The notes: generated by a model not told the origin, from the sequence alone. 64,000 nt of DNA from Elusimicrobiota bacterium (GCA_023249645.1 JAHFCF010000002.1:64806-128805), one strand, 5' to 3'; shown: positions 26,545 through 36,750, counted from the stretch's first letter. Program-made: numbers and translations.

Positions 26545-29500
26545 CGGATCACCACCACGCGCCGGGTCAGGCGCTGGCCTCCTCCCTCGATGACGACCAG
26601 ATAGGTCCCGCTGGCCACCTTGCCGCCGTGATCGTTCGCGCCGGTCCAAGTCGCCACGCCCGTGGAGTCAGCCGCGCCCCTCCAGAGCAGCTCTCCCGTG
26701 ATCGTGTAAAGCTTGAGGCTCGCCGAAGCGGGGAGATTGGAGAACGTCAAGACACCGGCGTTGAAGCGGCCATCGGTCGATCCGATCTTCCATGGGATGG
26801 GGAAGATCTGAACGGAATCCAAGGCAGAGGCAGGGGTTACGAAAAACGGCGCGAAGGTGGAGAAGTGATTGGTCAAGGCGGTGAGGCGATGCAGGGTCGT
26901 GTCCACGGAAGTGGGAAGGAGCACCCATTGGGACGATTCGTCATCGTAACGCATGATCACCAGCGTCTTGGGATCCTTGCCCGCCGGCAGACTGGCCGGA
27001 TCATAGTCCATGGTGATGGTGGCATTGCCGTTGGGCTGCAGACCTCCGGCCGCGATGGTCAATCCGACGCTCGAACCGACGGACGTGATGATCCCTTCAT
27101 TGGAGACCGGGGGCGGCAGAAGATTCACGACGCTGGCATTGATGGTCACGGCCGTTCCGGTCGGCAACACTCCGGGCGGCGCCTGAAGGCCCACGGCCGT
27201 GAACGCCGCATAAGGCGGCGACAAACTCAAGGAGAGCGCCTGGCCGGCGAGCACCGTTGCTGAGGACAAGACCGCCGACCAGGTGACGCTTGAACCCATG
27301 GCCAGGACATTGGACGCGTTGTTCCAGTTGAGCGCGCCCACGCGCAGGTAATAGGTCGTTCCATAGGAGAGACCGGCCACGGCGGCGGAGGTGGCGGCGG
27401 AACCACTCGTGATGCTCGAGTAAAGCACGCCGCCGAAGTCCGACGATGTGGCGAGATCCACCTGATAGCCCTCACAACTCGCGCTTTGGGGAGACGACGG
27501 CAGGGCCACCCAATGCACGGTCATGCTGGCGTAGCTGACGGAGACGAACGGCGAGGACGCGGCGCTGGGCGGCACGGCCAAGGTCGCGCCGGCCCCCACA
27601 TCGGCCAACGAAGAGTCCGGATTGGGGGGGGAGAGGCTTAAGGACTGAACGCGCAGATAGTAAGTCGTGTTGGCGGCCAAACCTGAGAAATCCGCCCACG
27701 TGTTCGCGGTCGTGGAGCTCAGAACCCCGCTGGCAAAAGCCGCGTCCGGGGAGATCTTGGACAGAAAAAGGGTCGGCGCCGGGTTGCCGTTGGCCGACCA
27801 CGCCATGCGGATCGTGCTGACCGACACCGTGGAAACGACCGCGGAAAGGGCCGCGGCAGGCGCCGGAAGGGTGGCCGTGGCGAGCACGGCAGTGAAAGCC
27901 GTGTTGCCCCCGCTGAGATTCATAGCCGCCGCGCGCAGATAATAGCTGGTGTTGGACGCCAGACCTGTGAAGACAGCGGAGGTGTTGAGCGTGACTGAGG
28001 CCTGGAAAACGAAGCTGAAGGCTGGATCCGTCGAAACCTGCGCCAGATATTGCGTCCCCGAGGAATTGTTCCCGGCGGTGAAACTGCCCGTGAATCCCGA
28101 GGATCCCTGCCCGCTGAAGGGCTGGGCCAGCAGGCTCACCGGCAGGGCCAAGGTCGAAGTGGAGCCCACGGCCAGATAAGTCGCGCTCAGAGCTCCACCG
28201 TTGCCCACGGTCCAGACGCGGGCGTAATAGGCCTTGTTAGCGGCCAGCCCCGTGAACGACGCGGACACGCCCCGCGTGCGCGATGAGACAACGGAGGAAT
28301 AGCCGGAGTCGGACGAGATCTCGGCCTGGAAGAGCGAACCTGAAGGGTCGACTCCGACGGACCACTGGACCGACATGCTGGAAGTCCAGACGGCGGAGAA
28401 AGGCGCGGCGGCCAAGGACGGTGCCACGCCCAAAGTCGAGACCGTGCTCGTGCTTGCCGGCGAGCCCAAGATATAAGCACGGAAGTAATACGTGGTGTTG
28501 GGCAAAAGGCTTGTGAATGTGGAGGAGAAGATGTCATTGCCTGTCTGCAATGCCGTCAGGGGGGCGAAGCTGGACATGGTGGAACAGTCCGCCTCATAAG
28601 GCTGATTCGTGGGATTTCCATGGCGAGTCCAATTGAACACGACCGTCGATGAAGAGATGTTGGTGAAGGAGGCTTGTCCCGGCGCCGCGATCGCTTGAAG
28701 AGTCGCGGCCTTGCCCAGGGAGGCGAAATTCGCGCCCTGGGTCAGGTTCAGGGTGGCCAGACGGAGATAATAGGTGGTATTGGAGGAGAGGCCCGTGGCC
28801 ACGAACTGGGAAACAGTCCGGTCCGTCGTGGTGGAATGAAAGACGATCGAGGAAAAGCCCGCGTTGACCGAGACATCGAGGATGTAGCCTTCGCAGGAAG
28901 AGGCGGCGGGAGAGGCCGGGCAGGGATTGAAGTTCACGGTCAGGCTGGTCAAGGAAGGGGTGATGGTCGGCGTGCCGACGATGGGATTGGCCAAGGTGGA
29001 GGTGGTCACGGAAACCCCGCCGGGACCCTCGCCTCCGGCATTATCGCCTTTGACGGACAGGGCATAGGTATTGTTCGCGGACAATCCTGTGCGGGTATAA
29101 GCCGTTGCGGAGACATTGGCCAAGAAAGCTGTTTGAACGATGCCGTCATAGACGTTATAGGATGTGGCGTTGGGAACGCTGCTCCAAGTCCAGGTGATGG
29201 AGCTGGTCCCGAGAGTCGCTGCGGCGAATCCGGAGGGCGCGACGATGGGGATGTCGAAGGCGTTGATCAGCGCGGTTCCCTTAAATGAGCCCCACCCCGT
29301 GACATTGTCATAGCCCGCCCCAGCGCTATAGTGCCCGTTGCTGCCGCTGGTGACGTCGTTGAAGACGCTGGCATAGGAAGCGCCTTTGCCCAGACTGTAA
29401 AAGGTGGGATTGGCGAATCCCACAGTCGGAGATCCGCCGACGGCGAGCTGCTCATTGAGAAGGGCGGTCCAGGACGCCCAAAGGGGCGCCGCCGCGCTGG

Positions 29501-30965
29501 TCCCTCCATACAGGTACCAGGCTCCACCGACATAAATGCCATAACCCGTGTTGGGGTCTGAATCGAGCGCCACGTCAGGGACGTTGCGCATCGTGGCTGA
29601 GGTCCCGACGCCGCTTTGCCAGCTCGGACGCCCCCAGAAGGCGCTCACACCGCCTCCGGTGGCTTCACAGGTTCCCGGCGATACGCATGAGGTATCCCAA
29701 ACCGTCTCCGCGGGAGACGAGATCGTCCCTGAAAGTGTGGTCCCACCCACGCCCGTCACATAAGGCTGGGAAGCGGGGTCGCTGACGCTGAGCGTGGAGC
29801 GGTCAGCGTAGGAGCCATTATCTCCGGCGGCCGCATAAAATGTCTGCCCCTGGGCCGCCATCTGGGCGAAGATCACGCTCTCCGCCGTCAGCATGGCCTG
29901 GCCTATATCCGTCTCATCGAGTCCCCAGGAGGTGCTCACGACCTTGGCCGTATTCTCGGATGCTATTTGCGCGAGGATGTCATAGTTGTTCTGAACCGAA
30001 TTGGCAGACGTATAAGCCAAGATATGCGCAGCGCCGGGAGCCAAAGCCATGGCCAATTCGATATCCAAGGCCACCTCTCCCATATCCGGGTCCGTATCCG
30101 GCGTGCTCAAATCGCAGGACACACCGTTGCAGAAGTTCGACACTCCGTCCACGCTGACGAAGGTCACGGGCGTGCTCAAGCCATAGCGGCTCCGATAAGC
30201 CTGGATATCATTGAGGCTGTAGCCATCCAGCTCCACCAGGGCGATAGTCTGGCCGGAGCCGGTGAGCGCCGTGGAACCCAAGCCATAGATGGATTTGATG
30301 TCTGCCGGAGCCAAGGTGCCTCCGGGGCCGGTCCCCGTAAATTGCGGAAGAGCCTGTCCTGCGCCTGGGACCAAGGAGCCGGATCGGATGGGCGAGGGAT
30401 GGGCTCTGAGGCGGGAATGATAAATGCCGCGGGCGTTCGAAAGCCCGGCGACCGCGCCCAGGTGCTCGGCCAAGGCTGCGGGGATCGTCGGCTCGGCCTC
30501 ATGCGCGTGGAAAACCTGGCCGTCGACATGCCGATAGCGGTTCAACCGGACCTCAAAAGCTTTTTCGACCCGGCTCGCGGAGCCGTGGACTTTGATGACC
30601 AGGCTGTGCGGCTCATCCCCGTTGTCCACACTCAACCCGTGCGCCTGGGCGAAATCCTTCAGTCTCCGGCGCTTCTCCGCCAAGCCGCACTTCCGGGCGA
30701 ATTCCTCTGGACTCAGATAATGCCGGCCGGCCGCAGAGGTGGACTGATAGATCTGCGCCAGCGTCTGATCCAATAGCTTCTGGTCCAGACGCACCAGGAA
30801 ACTCAGCCGGATGTCTTCATCGGGGGAGACTCTGCCTAGCGGGGAAGAGCTTCTGATCTGCGGGGCGACATGCCCGTGCATAGCCACGCGCGTCTCGCCA
30901 GAGGCCGGCGATGCCAGCAGGAATCCAGACAGTAAAATGCCAAGAAAGGCTCTTGTTGTCCTCAT
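26541..30965 (-). CDS. Secreted S53 (sedolisin/kumamolisin) protease with pro-domain, seven FN3-like repeats and T9SS-CTD/FlgD-like tail
   Basis: YLSPEEF pro-domain; EVALDIE, AAAGDNG, GGTSAAAP, GYDNVTGWGS; seven L..NT.YY.R-type repeats; terminal IFPIPW...KLYTITGELL...W.G.N..GGKVASGTYLVVI...RVVVIR. Confidence 0.9.
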   Translation of the reverse strand: MRTTRAFLGILLSGFLLASPASGETRVAMHGHVAPQIRSSSPLGRVSPDEDIRLSFLVRLDQKLLDQTLAQIYQSTSAAGRHYLSPEEFARKCGLAEKRRRLKDFAQAHGLSVDNGDEPHSLVIKVHGSASRVEKAFEVRLNRYRHVDGQVFHAHEAEPTIPAALAEHLGAVAGLSNARGIYHSRLRAHPSPIRSGSLVPGAGQALPQFTGTGPGGTLAPADIKSIYGLGSTALTGSGQTIALVELDGYSLNDIQAYRSRYGLSTPVTFVSVDGVSNFCNGVSCDLSTPDTDPDMGEVALDIELAMALAPGAAHILAYTSANSVQNNYDILAQIASENTAKVVSTSWGLDETDIGQAMLTAESVIFAQMAAQGQTFYAAAGDNGSYADRSTLSVSDPASQPYVTGVGGTTLSGTISSPAETVWDTSCVSPGTCEATGGGVSAFWGRPSWQSGVGTSATMRNVPDVALDSDPNTGYGIYVGGAWYLYGGTSAAAPLWASWTALLNEQLAVGGSPTVGFANPTFYSLGKGASYASVFNDVTSGSNGHYSAGAGYDNVTGWGSFKGTALINAFDIPIVAPSGFAAATLGTSSITWTWSSVPNATSYNVYDGIVQTAFLANVSATAYTRTGLSANNTYALSVKGDNAGGEGPGGVSVTTSTLANPIVGTPTITPSLTSLTVNFNPCPASPAASSCEGYILDVSVNAGFSSIVFHSTTTDRTVSQFVATGLSSNTTYYLRLATLNLTQGANFASLGKAATLQAIAAPGQASFTNISSSTVVFNWTRHGNPTNQPYEADCSTMSSFAPLTALQTGNDIFSSTFTSLLPNTTYYFRAYILGSPASTSTVSTLGVAPSLAAAPFSAVWTSSMSVQWSVGVDPSGSLFQAEISSDSGYSSVVSSRTRGVSASFTGLAANKAYYARVWTVGNGGALSATYLAVGSTSTLALPVSLLAQPFSGQGSSGFTGSFTAGNNSSGTQYLAQVSTDPAFSFVFQASVTLNTSAVFTGLASNTSYYLRAAAMNLSGGNTAFTAVLATATLPAPAAALSAVVSTVSVSTIRMAWSANGNPAPTLFLSKISPDAAFASGVLSSTTANTWADFSGLAANTTYYLRVQSLSLSPPNPDSSLADVGAGATLAVPPSAASSPFVSVSYASMTVHWVALPSSPQSASCEGYQVDLATSSDFGGVLYSSITSGSAATSAAVAGLSYGTTYYLRVGALNWNNASNVLAMGSSVTWSAVLSSATVLAGQALSLSLSPPYAAFTAVGLQAPPGVLPTGTAVTINASVVNLLPPPVSNEGIITSVGSSVGLTIAAGGLQPNGNATITMDYDPASLPAGKDPKTLVIMRYDDESSQWVLLPTSVDTTLHRLTALTNHFSTFAPFFVTPASALDSVQIFPIPWKIGSTDGRFNAGVLTFSNLPASASLKLYTITGELLWRGAADSTGVATWTGANDHGGKVASGTYLVVIEGGGQRLTRRVVVIR

Positions 30966-31063
30966 GGAAGCAGTAGAAACTCTATATTAAGAAAGTTTAA
31001 GGCACAGAGAGGAGAAAGTCATGACGAAACTGTTAAAAAAATTGAGAATTACTAAGGGGCTTT

Positions 31064-31738
31064 TTAATCGACTTTGGAGCCCTCGGCCGCGATGAGGCCC
31101 AAGTCGATGCCCTTGACCACGGCCTCGGTGCGGTTGCTGACCCCGAGCTTCTGGAAGATACTGTTGAGATGGTTCTTGATCGTCTTGACGCTGGAGGCCA
31201 GGGTCTTGGCGATCTCCTTGTTGGACAATCCATGACCCAGGAAGGACATGATCTTGATCTCCGTCTTGGTCAAGGCCACGATCGAGGCCTCGGCCGAGGT
31301 CGTGCCCATCTGGCGCAGACCGTCGATGAGTTTGCTCATGACCGGCTGGGGGATCATCAGGCCCTGGTTGGCGAAGGTCTTCAAAGCATTGACCAGCTCG
31401 GAGGCGGGCAGCATCTTCGAGAGATAGCCGTTGGCCCCGGCCTGGATGGCCTCCATGACGTGCGCCTCGTCCTCGTAGGAGGAGAGGATGAGCACGTTGG
31501 TCTGCGGGCAATCGCGGTGGATCTGGCGAGTGGCCTCGATGCCGTCCATGTGGGGAAGCTTGATGTCGAGGAGGATGACGTTGGGCTTGAGCTTCTTGAC
31601 CAGCCGCAGAGCCTCGACGCCGTCCTTGGCCTCTCCCACGACCTCCAGGATCCTCTCGTTTTCCAGAAGGTCCTTGATGCCTTCCCGGAAAAGGGTCTGG
31701 TCGTCGGCGATCACTACGGAAATCTTCTTTTTGGCCAT
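31064..31738 (-). CDS. Orphan NarL/LuxR-family response regulator
   Basis: IADD, ILLDIKLPHMDG, GANGYLSK receiver; LTKTE...GLSNKEIA...KTIKNHLNSIFQKLGVSNRTEA HTH; no adjacent kinase. Confidence 0.95.
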   Translation of the reverse strand: MAKKKISVVIADDQTLFREGIKDLLENERILEVVGEAKDGVEALRLVKKLKPNVILLDIKLPHMDGIEATRQIHRDCPQTNVLILSSYEDEAHVMEAIQAGANGYLSKMLPASELVNALKTFANQGLMIPQPVMSKLIDGLRQMGTTSAEASIVALTKTEIKIMSFLGHGLSNKEIAKTLASSVKTIKNHLNSIFQKLGVSNRTEAVVKGIDLGLIAAEGSKVD

Positions 31739-31762
31739 CAGGAAACCTCCTCGGTTTTGGAG

Positions 31763-31775
31763 ATTATAGTATAAT
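31763..31775. promoter_or_regulatory. Back-to-back TATAAT -10 elements (regulator on -, tRNA-Met on +)
   Basis: ATTATAGTATAAT: TATAAT on - (31768-31763) and on + (31770-31775). Confidence 0.55.
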
Positions 31776-31783
31776 AAACACGC

Positions 31784-31856
31784 GGCGCGGTAGCTCAGGG
31801 GTTAGAGCGGGCGTTTCATAAGCGTCAGGTCGGAGGTTCGAGACCTCCCCGCGCCA
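31784..31856 (+). tRNA. tRNA with CAT anticodon, most likely elongator tRNA-Met
   Basis: GGCGCGG/CCGCGCC acceptor (1-72 paired), TTCATAA loop, GGAGG-TTCGAGA-CCTCC; lacks initiator GGG/CCC. Confidence 0.9.
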
Positions 31857-31919
31857 CGATTTGACACTCAGGTCCTTATTTCATTAGATAGTCGTCATCC
31901 CAGTTACCGAGGAGGGCTC

Positions 31920-32102
31920 ATGGCAGAAACTCTGGTGGTCGTCAGCAAGGTCAAGAAGGTCGTGAAGGAAGCCGGTTTCAGGACAGGCGGCGACTACATC
32001 GAAGCCCTTTCCGGGAAGATCACCGCCCTGGTCAGCGCCTCCATCGAGAAGGTCAAGGCTCAAGGCGGCAAGAAGACCCTCGGCGCCGAAGACCTGATCT
32101 AA
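31920..32102 (+). CDS. Bacterial histone-fold protein (Bd0055/HBb-like)
   Basis: 60 aa MAETLVVVSKVKKVVKEAGFRTGGDYIEALSGKITALVSASIEKVKAQGGKKTLGAEDLI; LVV.SKVK start and K-K-T-x4-D end typical of these histones; GAGGAGG RBS. Confidence 0.88.
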   Translation: MAETLVVVSKVKKVVKEAGFRTGGDYIEALSGKITALVSASIEKVKAQGGKKTLGAEDLI

Positions 32103-32148
32103 ACATCTCTCAAGAGACCCGAAGCCTTGCACCGGGCCTTGAAGGCCC

Positions 32149-32502
32149 ATGAGCGCCCTGGTCGTCGTCTTTCTCTTCGTCCTCGTCGGCATCGCCTTCG
32201 GCGTCGGCGCTCTGGTGGCGGCTTGGCTTTTACGGCCAAGTCTCCCCTATGAGCGCAAGCTCTCGACCTACGAGTGCGGCATCACTCCCGTAGGAACGCC
32301 TGAAGTCAAGCTCAACATCCGCTTCTACGTCTTCGCCCTGCTCTTCGTCATCTTCGACGTGGAGATCCTCTACGTGTATCCGTGGGCGGTCACGGCCCGA
32401 CAGATCGGACCCGCGGCCCTCGCGGAGATGGCGATCTTTTTGGCCATCCTCTTTTTAGGTCTGCTCTATGCCTGGCGCAAGGGAGCCCTGGTGTGGGAAT
32501 GA
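32149..32502 (+). CDS. nuoA: NADH-quinone oxidoreductase subunit A
   Basis: [32 protein letters not shown]. Confidence 0.95.
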   Translation: MSALVVVFLFVLVGIAFGVGALVAAWLLRPSLPYERKLSTYECGITPVGTPEVKLNIRFYVFALLFVIFDVEILYVYPWAVTARQIGPAALAEMAIFLAILFLGLLYAWRKGALVWE

Positions 32503-33050
32503 TCCTGGACAAGTACCCGGCCGTGCTCCAGGCGGTTCCCGGCGGAAAGATCCTCCTCACCACCACGGACGATTTCATCAACCTGGGACGCAAATACTCG
32601 ATCTGGCCCCTCACCTTCGGCCTGGCCTGCTGCGCCATCGAGATGATGGCGGCCTATGCCTCCCGGTTCGATTTCGACCGCCTGGGCGTCATCCCCAGGC
32701 CCAGCCCCCGACAGGCCGATCTGATGATCATCGCGGGGACCTTCGTCAAGAAGATGGCCGCGCCCGTGCGCGAGATCTACCACCAGATGCCCGAGCCGCG
32801 CTTCGTCATCGCCATGGGCAGCTGCGCCAACTGCGGCGGGCCGTTCCACGACGCCTATTCCGTGGTCAAGGGCGTGGACAAGGTCATCCCCGTGGACGTC
32901 TACATCCCCGGCTGCCCGCCCCGGCCCGAGGCCCTCATCTACGGGGTCATGGAACTGCAGAAGAAGATCATGCGCATGAAGCTGGCCAAAGGCGGCGGCG
33001 CGACCCTGCAGGCTGAGAAAGGAAGCCGTGACCCGGCGGGCGGAGCGTGA
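32499..33050 (+). CDS. nuoB: NADH-quinone oxidoreductase subunit B
   Basis: [34 protein letters not shown]. Confidence 0.96.
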   Translation: MILDKYPAVLQAVPGGKILLTTTDDFINLGRKYSIWPLTFGLACCAIEMMAAYASRFDFDRLGVIPRPSPRQADLMIIAGTFVKKMAAPVREIYHQMPEPRFVIAMGSCANCGGPFHDAYSVVKGVDKVIPVDVYIPGCPPRPEALIYGVMELQKKIMRMKLAKGGGATLQAEKGSRDPAGGA

Positions 33051-33051
33051 G

Positions 33052-33624
33052 ATGACCCGCGAAAAAGTCCTCTCGGACATCCTTGCCCAAGTCCCTGGCG
33101 CTTCGGCCGCCGCGGCGCCGGTCAAGGACTACCCCACGGTGCGCCTCTCCCAGCCGTCGGACCTCCCGACCGCGGCGCGATTGCTCAAGGACGAGCTGGG
33201 CTTCGATTATCTGGAGATGGTCACGGCCGTGGATTGGCTGGGGCCGACCAAGACGGAAGGCTTCCTCCCAGCCGTCACGCCCATCCCCTTTGCCGCCAAG
33301 GCGCCGGCGCTCCCCGTCACGCCGGCTGCCGGGCCTGACATCGCCTACCGTCCGGTCCTGGACCTGCTTTGGTCCTTTGGCAATCTCAAGACGCATCTCA
33401 AGGTCTTCCTGCGGCTGGAGGTCTCTCGAGAGAAGCCCGAGGTTCCCAGCCTCACGGGACTCTTCCCGGCCGCGGACTGGCAGGAACGCGAGACCTTCGA
33501 TCTCTTCGGCGTGCGCTTCAGCGGCCATCCCAATCTGACCAAGATCCTCACCCCGGATTTCCTCCAGGGCCATCCTCTGCTCAAGGACTATGTCCATCAA
33601 CCCGATGAATTCGACGCCGATTAG
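33052..33624 (+). CDS. nuoC: NADH-quinone oxidoreductase subunit C
   Basis: [36 protein letters not shown]. Confidence 0.93.
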   Translation: MTREKVLSDILAQVPGASAAAAPVKDYPTVRLSQPSDLPTAARLLKDELGFDYLEMVTAVDWLGPTKTEGFLPAVTPIPFAAKAPALPVTPAAGPDIAYRPVLDLLWSFGNLKTHLKVFLRLEVSREKPEVPSLTGLFPAADWQERETFDLFGVRFSGHPNLTKILTPDFLQGHPLLKDYVHQPDEFDAD

Positions 33625-34735
33625 ATCAGAGACGTCGGGATTGAAGACCGACACGCTCTTCCTCAACATGGGCCCGCAGCACCCATCCACCCACGGGGTC
33701 CTGCGCCTGGGGCTGACCATCTCCGGCGAGGTCATCGTCGAGGCCATGCCGGACATCGGCTATCTGCACCGCGGCGTGGAAAAACTCCTGGAGACCCGCA
33801 CCTACGCGCAGGGCGTGGTGCTGGCCGACCGCCTGGACTACTGCTCGGCCATGTCCAATGACCTGGCCTTCTGCCTAAGCGTCGAGAAACTTCTCGGCGC
33901 GCAGGTCCCAAAACGCGCCCAGGTCCTGCGGGTCATCATGGCCGAGCTCAACCGCATCGCCAGCCACCTCATCTTCTTCGGCACCTACGGCATCGACATC
34001 GGCGCCTTCACGCCTTTCCTCTACGCCTTCCGGGAGCGCGAGATGGTCCTGGACCTCTTCGAGATGTGCTGCGGGGCTCGGCTCACCTACAACTACATCC
34101 GACCGGGCGGCGTGGCCTCGGATATCAACGCCGACTGGATCGCCCGATGCCGCGAGTTCCTCGATTTCTTCAAGCCCCGCTTAGACGAATATGACACCCT
34201 GCTCTCTTTCAACCCCATCTTCCTCGTCCGCACCCAGACGGTTGGAATCATCACCCCGAAGACCGCCGTGGCGTGGGGGCTCTCCGGCCCCAACCTGCGC
34301 GCCTCGGGCGTGAACTACGACGTGCGCCAGGCCGAGCCCTACTGCGGCTACGAGCAGTATGACTTCACCGTGGCCCTGGGAAAGACCGGCTCCTGCTGGG
34401 ACCGCTATTTCTGCCGGGTGGTCGAGATGCGCCAGTCCGTCCGCATCGTCGAGCAGGCTCTGTCCCGGCTTGCCTCCGGCGAGATCATGGCCAAGCTGCC
34501 CAAGGTCCTGCGGCTGCCGGCCGGGGAAGCCTACTCCCATATCGAGGCCTCGCGGGGAGACCTGGGCGTTTACATCGTCTCGGACGGCGGACTGGCCCCC
34601 TACCGACTCCATTTCCGCGCGCCCTGCTTCATCAATCTGGCCATCCTGCAGGAGATCCTTGTCGGCAAGAAGGTGGCCGACGTCATCGCGGTCCTGGGCT
34701 CCCTCGACATCGTCCTGGGCGAGGTGGATCGATGA
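33605..34735 (+). CDS. nuoD: NADH-quinone oxidoreductase subunit D
   Basis: [40 protein letters not shown]; start uncertain (33590-33641). Confidence 0.96.
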   Translation: MNSTPIRSETSGLKTDTLFLNMGPQHPSTHGVLRLGLTISGEVIVEAMPDIGYLHRGVEKLLETRTYAQGVVLADRLDYCSAMSNDLAFCLSVEKLLGAQVPKRAQVLRVIMAELNRIASHLIFFGTYGIDIGAFTPFLYAFREREMVLDLFEMCCGARLTYNYIRPGGVASDINADWIARCREFLDFFKPRLDEYDTLLSFNPIFLVRTQTVGIITPKTAVAWGLSGPNLRASGVNYDVRQAEPYCGYEQYDFTVALGKTGSCWDRYFCRVVEMRQSVRIVEQALSRLASGEIMAKLPKVLRLPAGEAYSHIEASRGDLGVYIVSDGGLAPYRLHFRAPCFINLAILQEILVGKKVADVIAVLGSLDIVLGEVDR

Positions 34736-35925
34736 TGCCGCGCTCCTGGCCCACGGAGGTCTGGAAGGATCCGTGGTCTCTGCCGCGCTACCGCGCAGGC
34801 GCCCTTTGGCTGGGAGGTATCCTTTTCGGCATCGTCCTCATCAGTGCTGTCGTGGGAGAACTCTGCGTCTGGGGGGAAAAACTCTTCGCGTTCCTCAGCC
34901 ATCTAGGATTGTCTGTCGTTGTTGTTGACTGGATATGGGTCCTGGTCAAGCTCGGCTGCGTCATAGGCCTCATCGTTGCCAACGGCCTCTGGGCCGTCTG
35001 GTGGGAGCGCAAGATCTCGGCCCACATGCAATCGCGCCTGGGGCCCATGTACGCGGGAGGCTTCCATGGCTGGGCCCAGACCATCCTCGACACCGTCAAA
35101 CTTCTATTAAAGGAAGACATCACGCCGGCCTCGGCCGACAAGGTCCTGCACGCCCTCGCACCCGTCGTGGCGATCGCGCCCTGCGTCATCGCCTTCGCCC
35201 CGGTGCTCTTCGGCAAGGAACTCGCCGCGGCCAAGCTTGACATCGGAGTCCTCTACATCTTCGCCTTCGCCGGGATCTCGGTCATCGGCATCGTCATGGC
35301 CGGCTGGGCTTCGGGGAACAAGTACTCCCTGCTGGGAGGGCTGCGCGCCGCGGCACAGATCGTCAGCTATGAACTGCCCCGCGGATTCTCGGTCGTGCCC
35401 ATCATCATGTTCGCCGGTTCCCTGGACCTCGCGGTCATCGACCAGGCGCAGGCCGGCTACTGGTTCGGATTCTTCCCGCGCTGGTTCATCTTCTACCCCG
35501 TCGCGGGCCAGCTCTCCTTCCTGTTCTTCCTCATCGCCTCCGTGGCCGAGACCAACCGCACGCCCTTCGACATCCCGGAGGCCGAATCCGAACTCGTGGC
35601 CGGCTTCCACACGGAGTTCTCCGGCATGAAATGGTCGCTCTTCTTTTTGACCGAGTACGGCTATGTGATGCTGGCGAGTTTCCTCTTGGCCGTCTTCTTC
35701 TTCGGCGGCGGCGCGGCACCCCTGCCCTTCCTGCGGTTCATCCCGAGCTGGATCTGGATGATGGGCAAGGCCATGCTCATGATGTTCGTCTTCTTGTGGT
35801 TCCGGTGGACCTTCCCGCGTCTGCGCGTGGACCAGCTCATGGAGTTCAACTGGAAGTTCCTTCTGCCGTGGTGCTTTGTCAACATCGCCGTGGCGGGACT
35901 CATCCTGGCCTGGGGGATGCGGTGA
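34732..35925 (+). CDS. nuoH: NADH-quinone oxidoreductase subunit H
   Basis: ERKISAHMQSRLGP, KLLLKED, SYELP, AETNRTPFDIPEAESELVAG, RWTFPRLRVDQLM. Confidence 0.95.
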   Translation: MMPRSWPTEVWKDPWSLPRYRAGALWLGGILFGIVLISAVVGELCVWGEKLFAFLSHLGLSVVVVDWIWVLVKLGCVIGLIVANGLWAVWWERKISAHMQSRLGPMYAGGFHGWAQTILDTVKLLLKEDITPASADKVLHALAPVVAIAPCVIAFAPVLFGKELAAAKLDIGVLYIFAFAGISVIGIVMAGWASGNKYSLLGGLRAAAQIVSYELPRGFSVVPIIMFAGSLDLAVIDQAQAGYWFGFFPRWFIFYPVAGQLSFLFFLIASVAETNRTPFDIPEAESELVAGFHTEFSGMKWSLFFLTEYGYVMLASFLLAVFFFGGGAAPLPFLRFIPSWIWMMGKAMLMMFVFLWFRWTFPRLRVDQLMEFNWKFLLPWCFVNIAVAGLILAWGMR

Positions 35926-36434
35926 TCGCTTATTTCAAGGAAGTCTTTTCAGGCGCCTGGGCTTTTCTTCAGGGGCTCGCCATCACGCTGCGCTACCTTT
36001 TCAAGCCTTCGATCACCGTTCCATACCCGACGGAAAAGCTGACTCCCTATGCCGCCTTCCGCGGCATCCTGCTCGTCGATCCCGCCAAGTGCATCGCCTG
36101 CGGGCTGTGCGCCAAGGCCTGCCCCTCCACCTGCATCTCTCTCGAAAGCCAGGTCCATCCGGAAACCAAGAAGAGGATCCCCAAGCCCGAGTGGTACGCC
36201 CTGGACCTGGGGCGCTGCAATTTCTGCGGCCTCTGCGAGGCCGCCTGCCCCACCAAGCCCAAGTCCGTCTGGCACTCCCTCGATTATGAGGCCGTCTTCT
36301 CCAATCGCGACGAGATGGTGCGCTGCTGGAAGCCGGGATTCCCGCTGGCAGGCCGCGTCTGGGATCCGAGGAAAAAAGATTTCAAGGATCCCAAGGGCCA
36401 GATATCCGTCAAAGAAATGAGGACACGACCATGA
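35922..36434 (+). CDS. nuoI: NADH-quinone oxidoreductase subunit I
   Basis: TVPYP, CIACGLCAKACP, RCNFCGLCEAACP; GTG start overlaps nuoH stop. Confidence 0.93.
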   Translation: MIAYFKEVFSGAWAFLQGLAITLRYLFKPSITVPYPTEKLTPYAAFRGILLVDPAKCIACGLCAKACPSTCISLESQVHPETKKRIPKPEWYALDLGRCNFCGLCEAACPTKPKSVWHSLDYEAVFSNRDEMVRCWKPGFPLAGRVWDPRKKDFKDPKGQISVKEMRTRP

Positions 36435-36679
36435 GGATAGTTGGCTACCGGAAGGAATCTCCCTTGTCCTTTTGCGCCTCTGGCCGGCTTCTCATGAAAG
36501 AAGCCCGGTTCAATGAAGAATTCCAAAAACTCCCCATGGGAAAACTGACAGGAGTCCGAAAAGGTGTCTATCATTTCAAGACCCATGCGGACATGAATCG
36601 CTTTGATGAGGATTGCTGGGCAGCCCGCATGGTTCAGGTCTGCACGCAACATAGGGAAAATGCAAAAAAGGGCGCATGA
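36431..36679 (+). CDS. Small hypothetical protein inserted in the nuo operon
   Basis: 82 aa, lower GC than flanks, ATGA-coupled to nuoI; KGVYHFKTH.D.NR motif. Confidence 0.65.
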   Translation: MRIVGYRKESPLSFCASGRLLMKEARFNEEFQKLPMGKLTGVRKGVYHFKTHADMNRFDEDCWAARMVQVCTQHRENAKKGA

Positions 36680-36750
36680 TAAAAAATTATGGATTTGTAC
36701 CGTATGCTGAGCACCCAATGAAACGGTCGCATCCCCGAGCAATCTTCGCA

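Noticed and set aside
31784-31856. Initiator tRNA-fMet
   Set aside because: Positions 1 and 72 are paired and the anticodon stem lacks three consecutive G-C pairs; tRNA-Ile2 cannot be fully excluded without a covariance model.
14315-31856. Genomic island or prophage integrated at a tRNA
   Set aside because: No integrase, no duplicated tRNA 3' end noticed, and the flanking genes are largely housekeeping or envelope genes.
32499-34735. Group 4 [NiFe]-hydrogenase instead of complex I
   Set aside because: The NuoD-like subunit lacks both Ni-binding CxxC motifs (it has DRLDY and DIVLGEVDR) and NuoB has the tandem CC motif.
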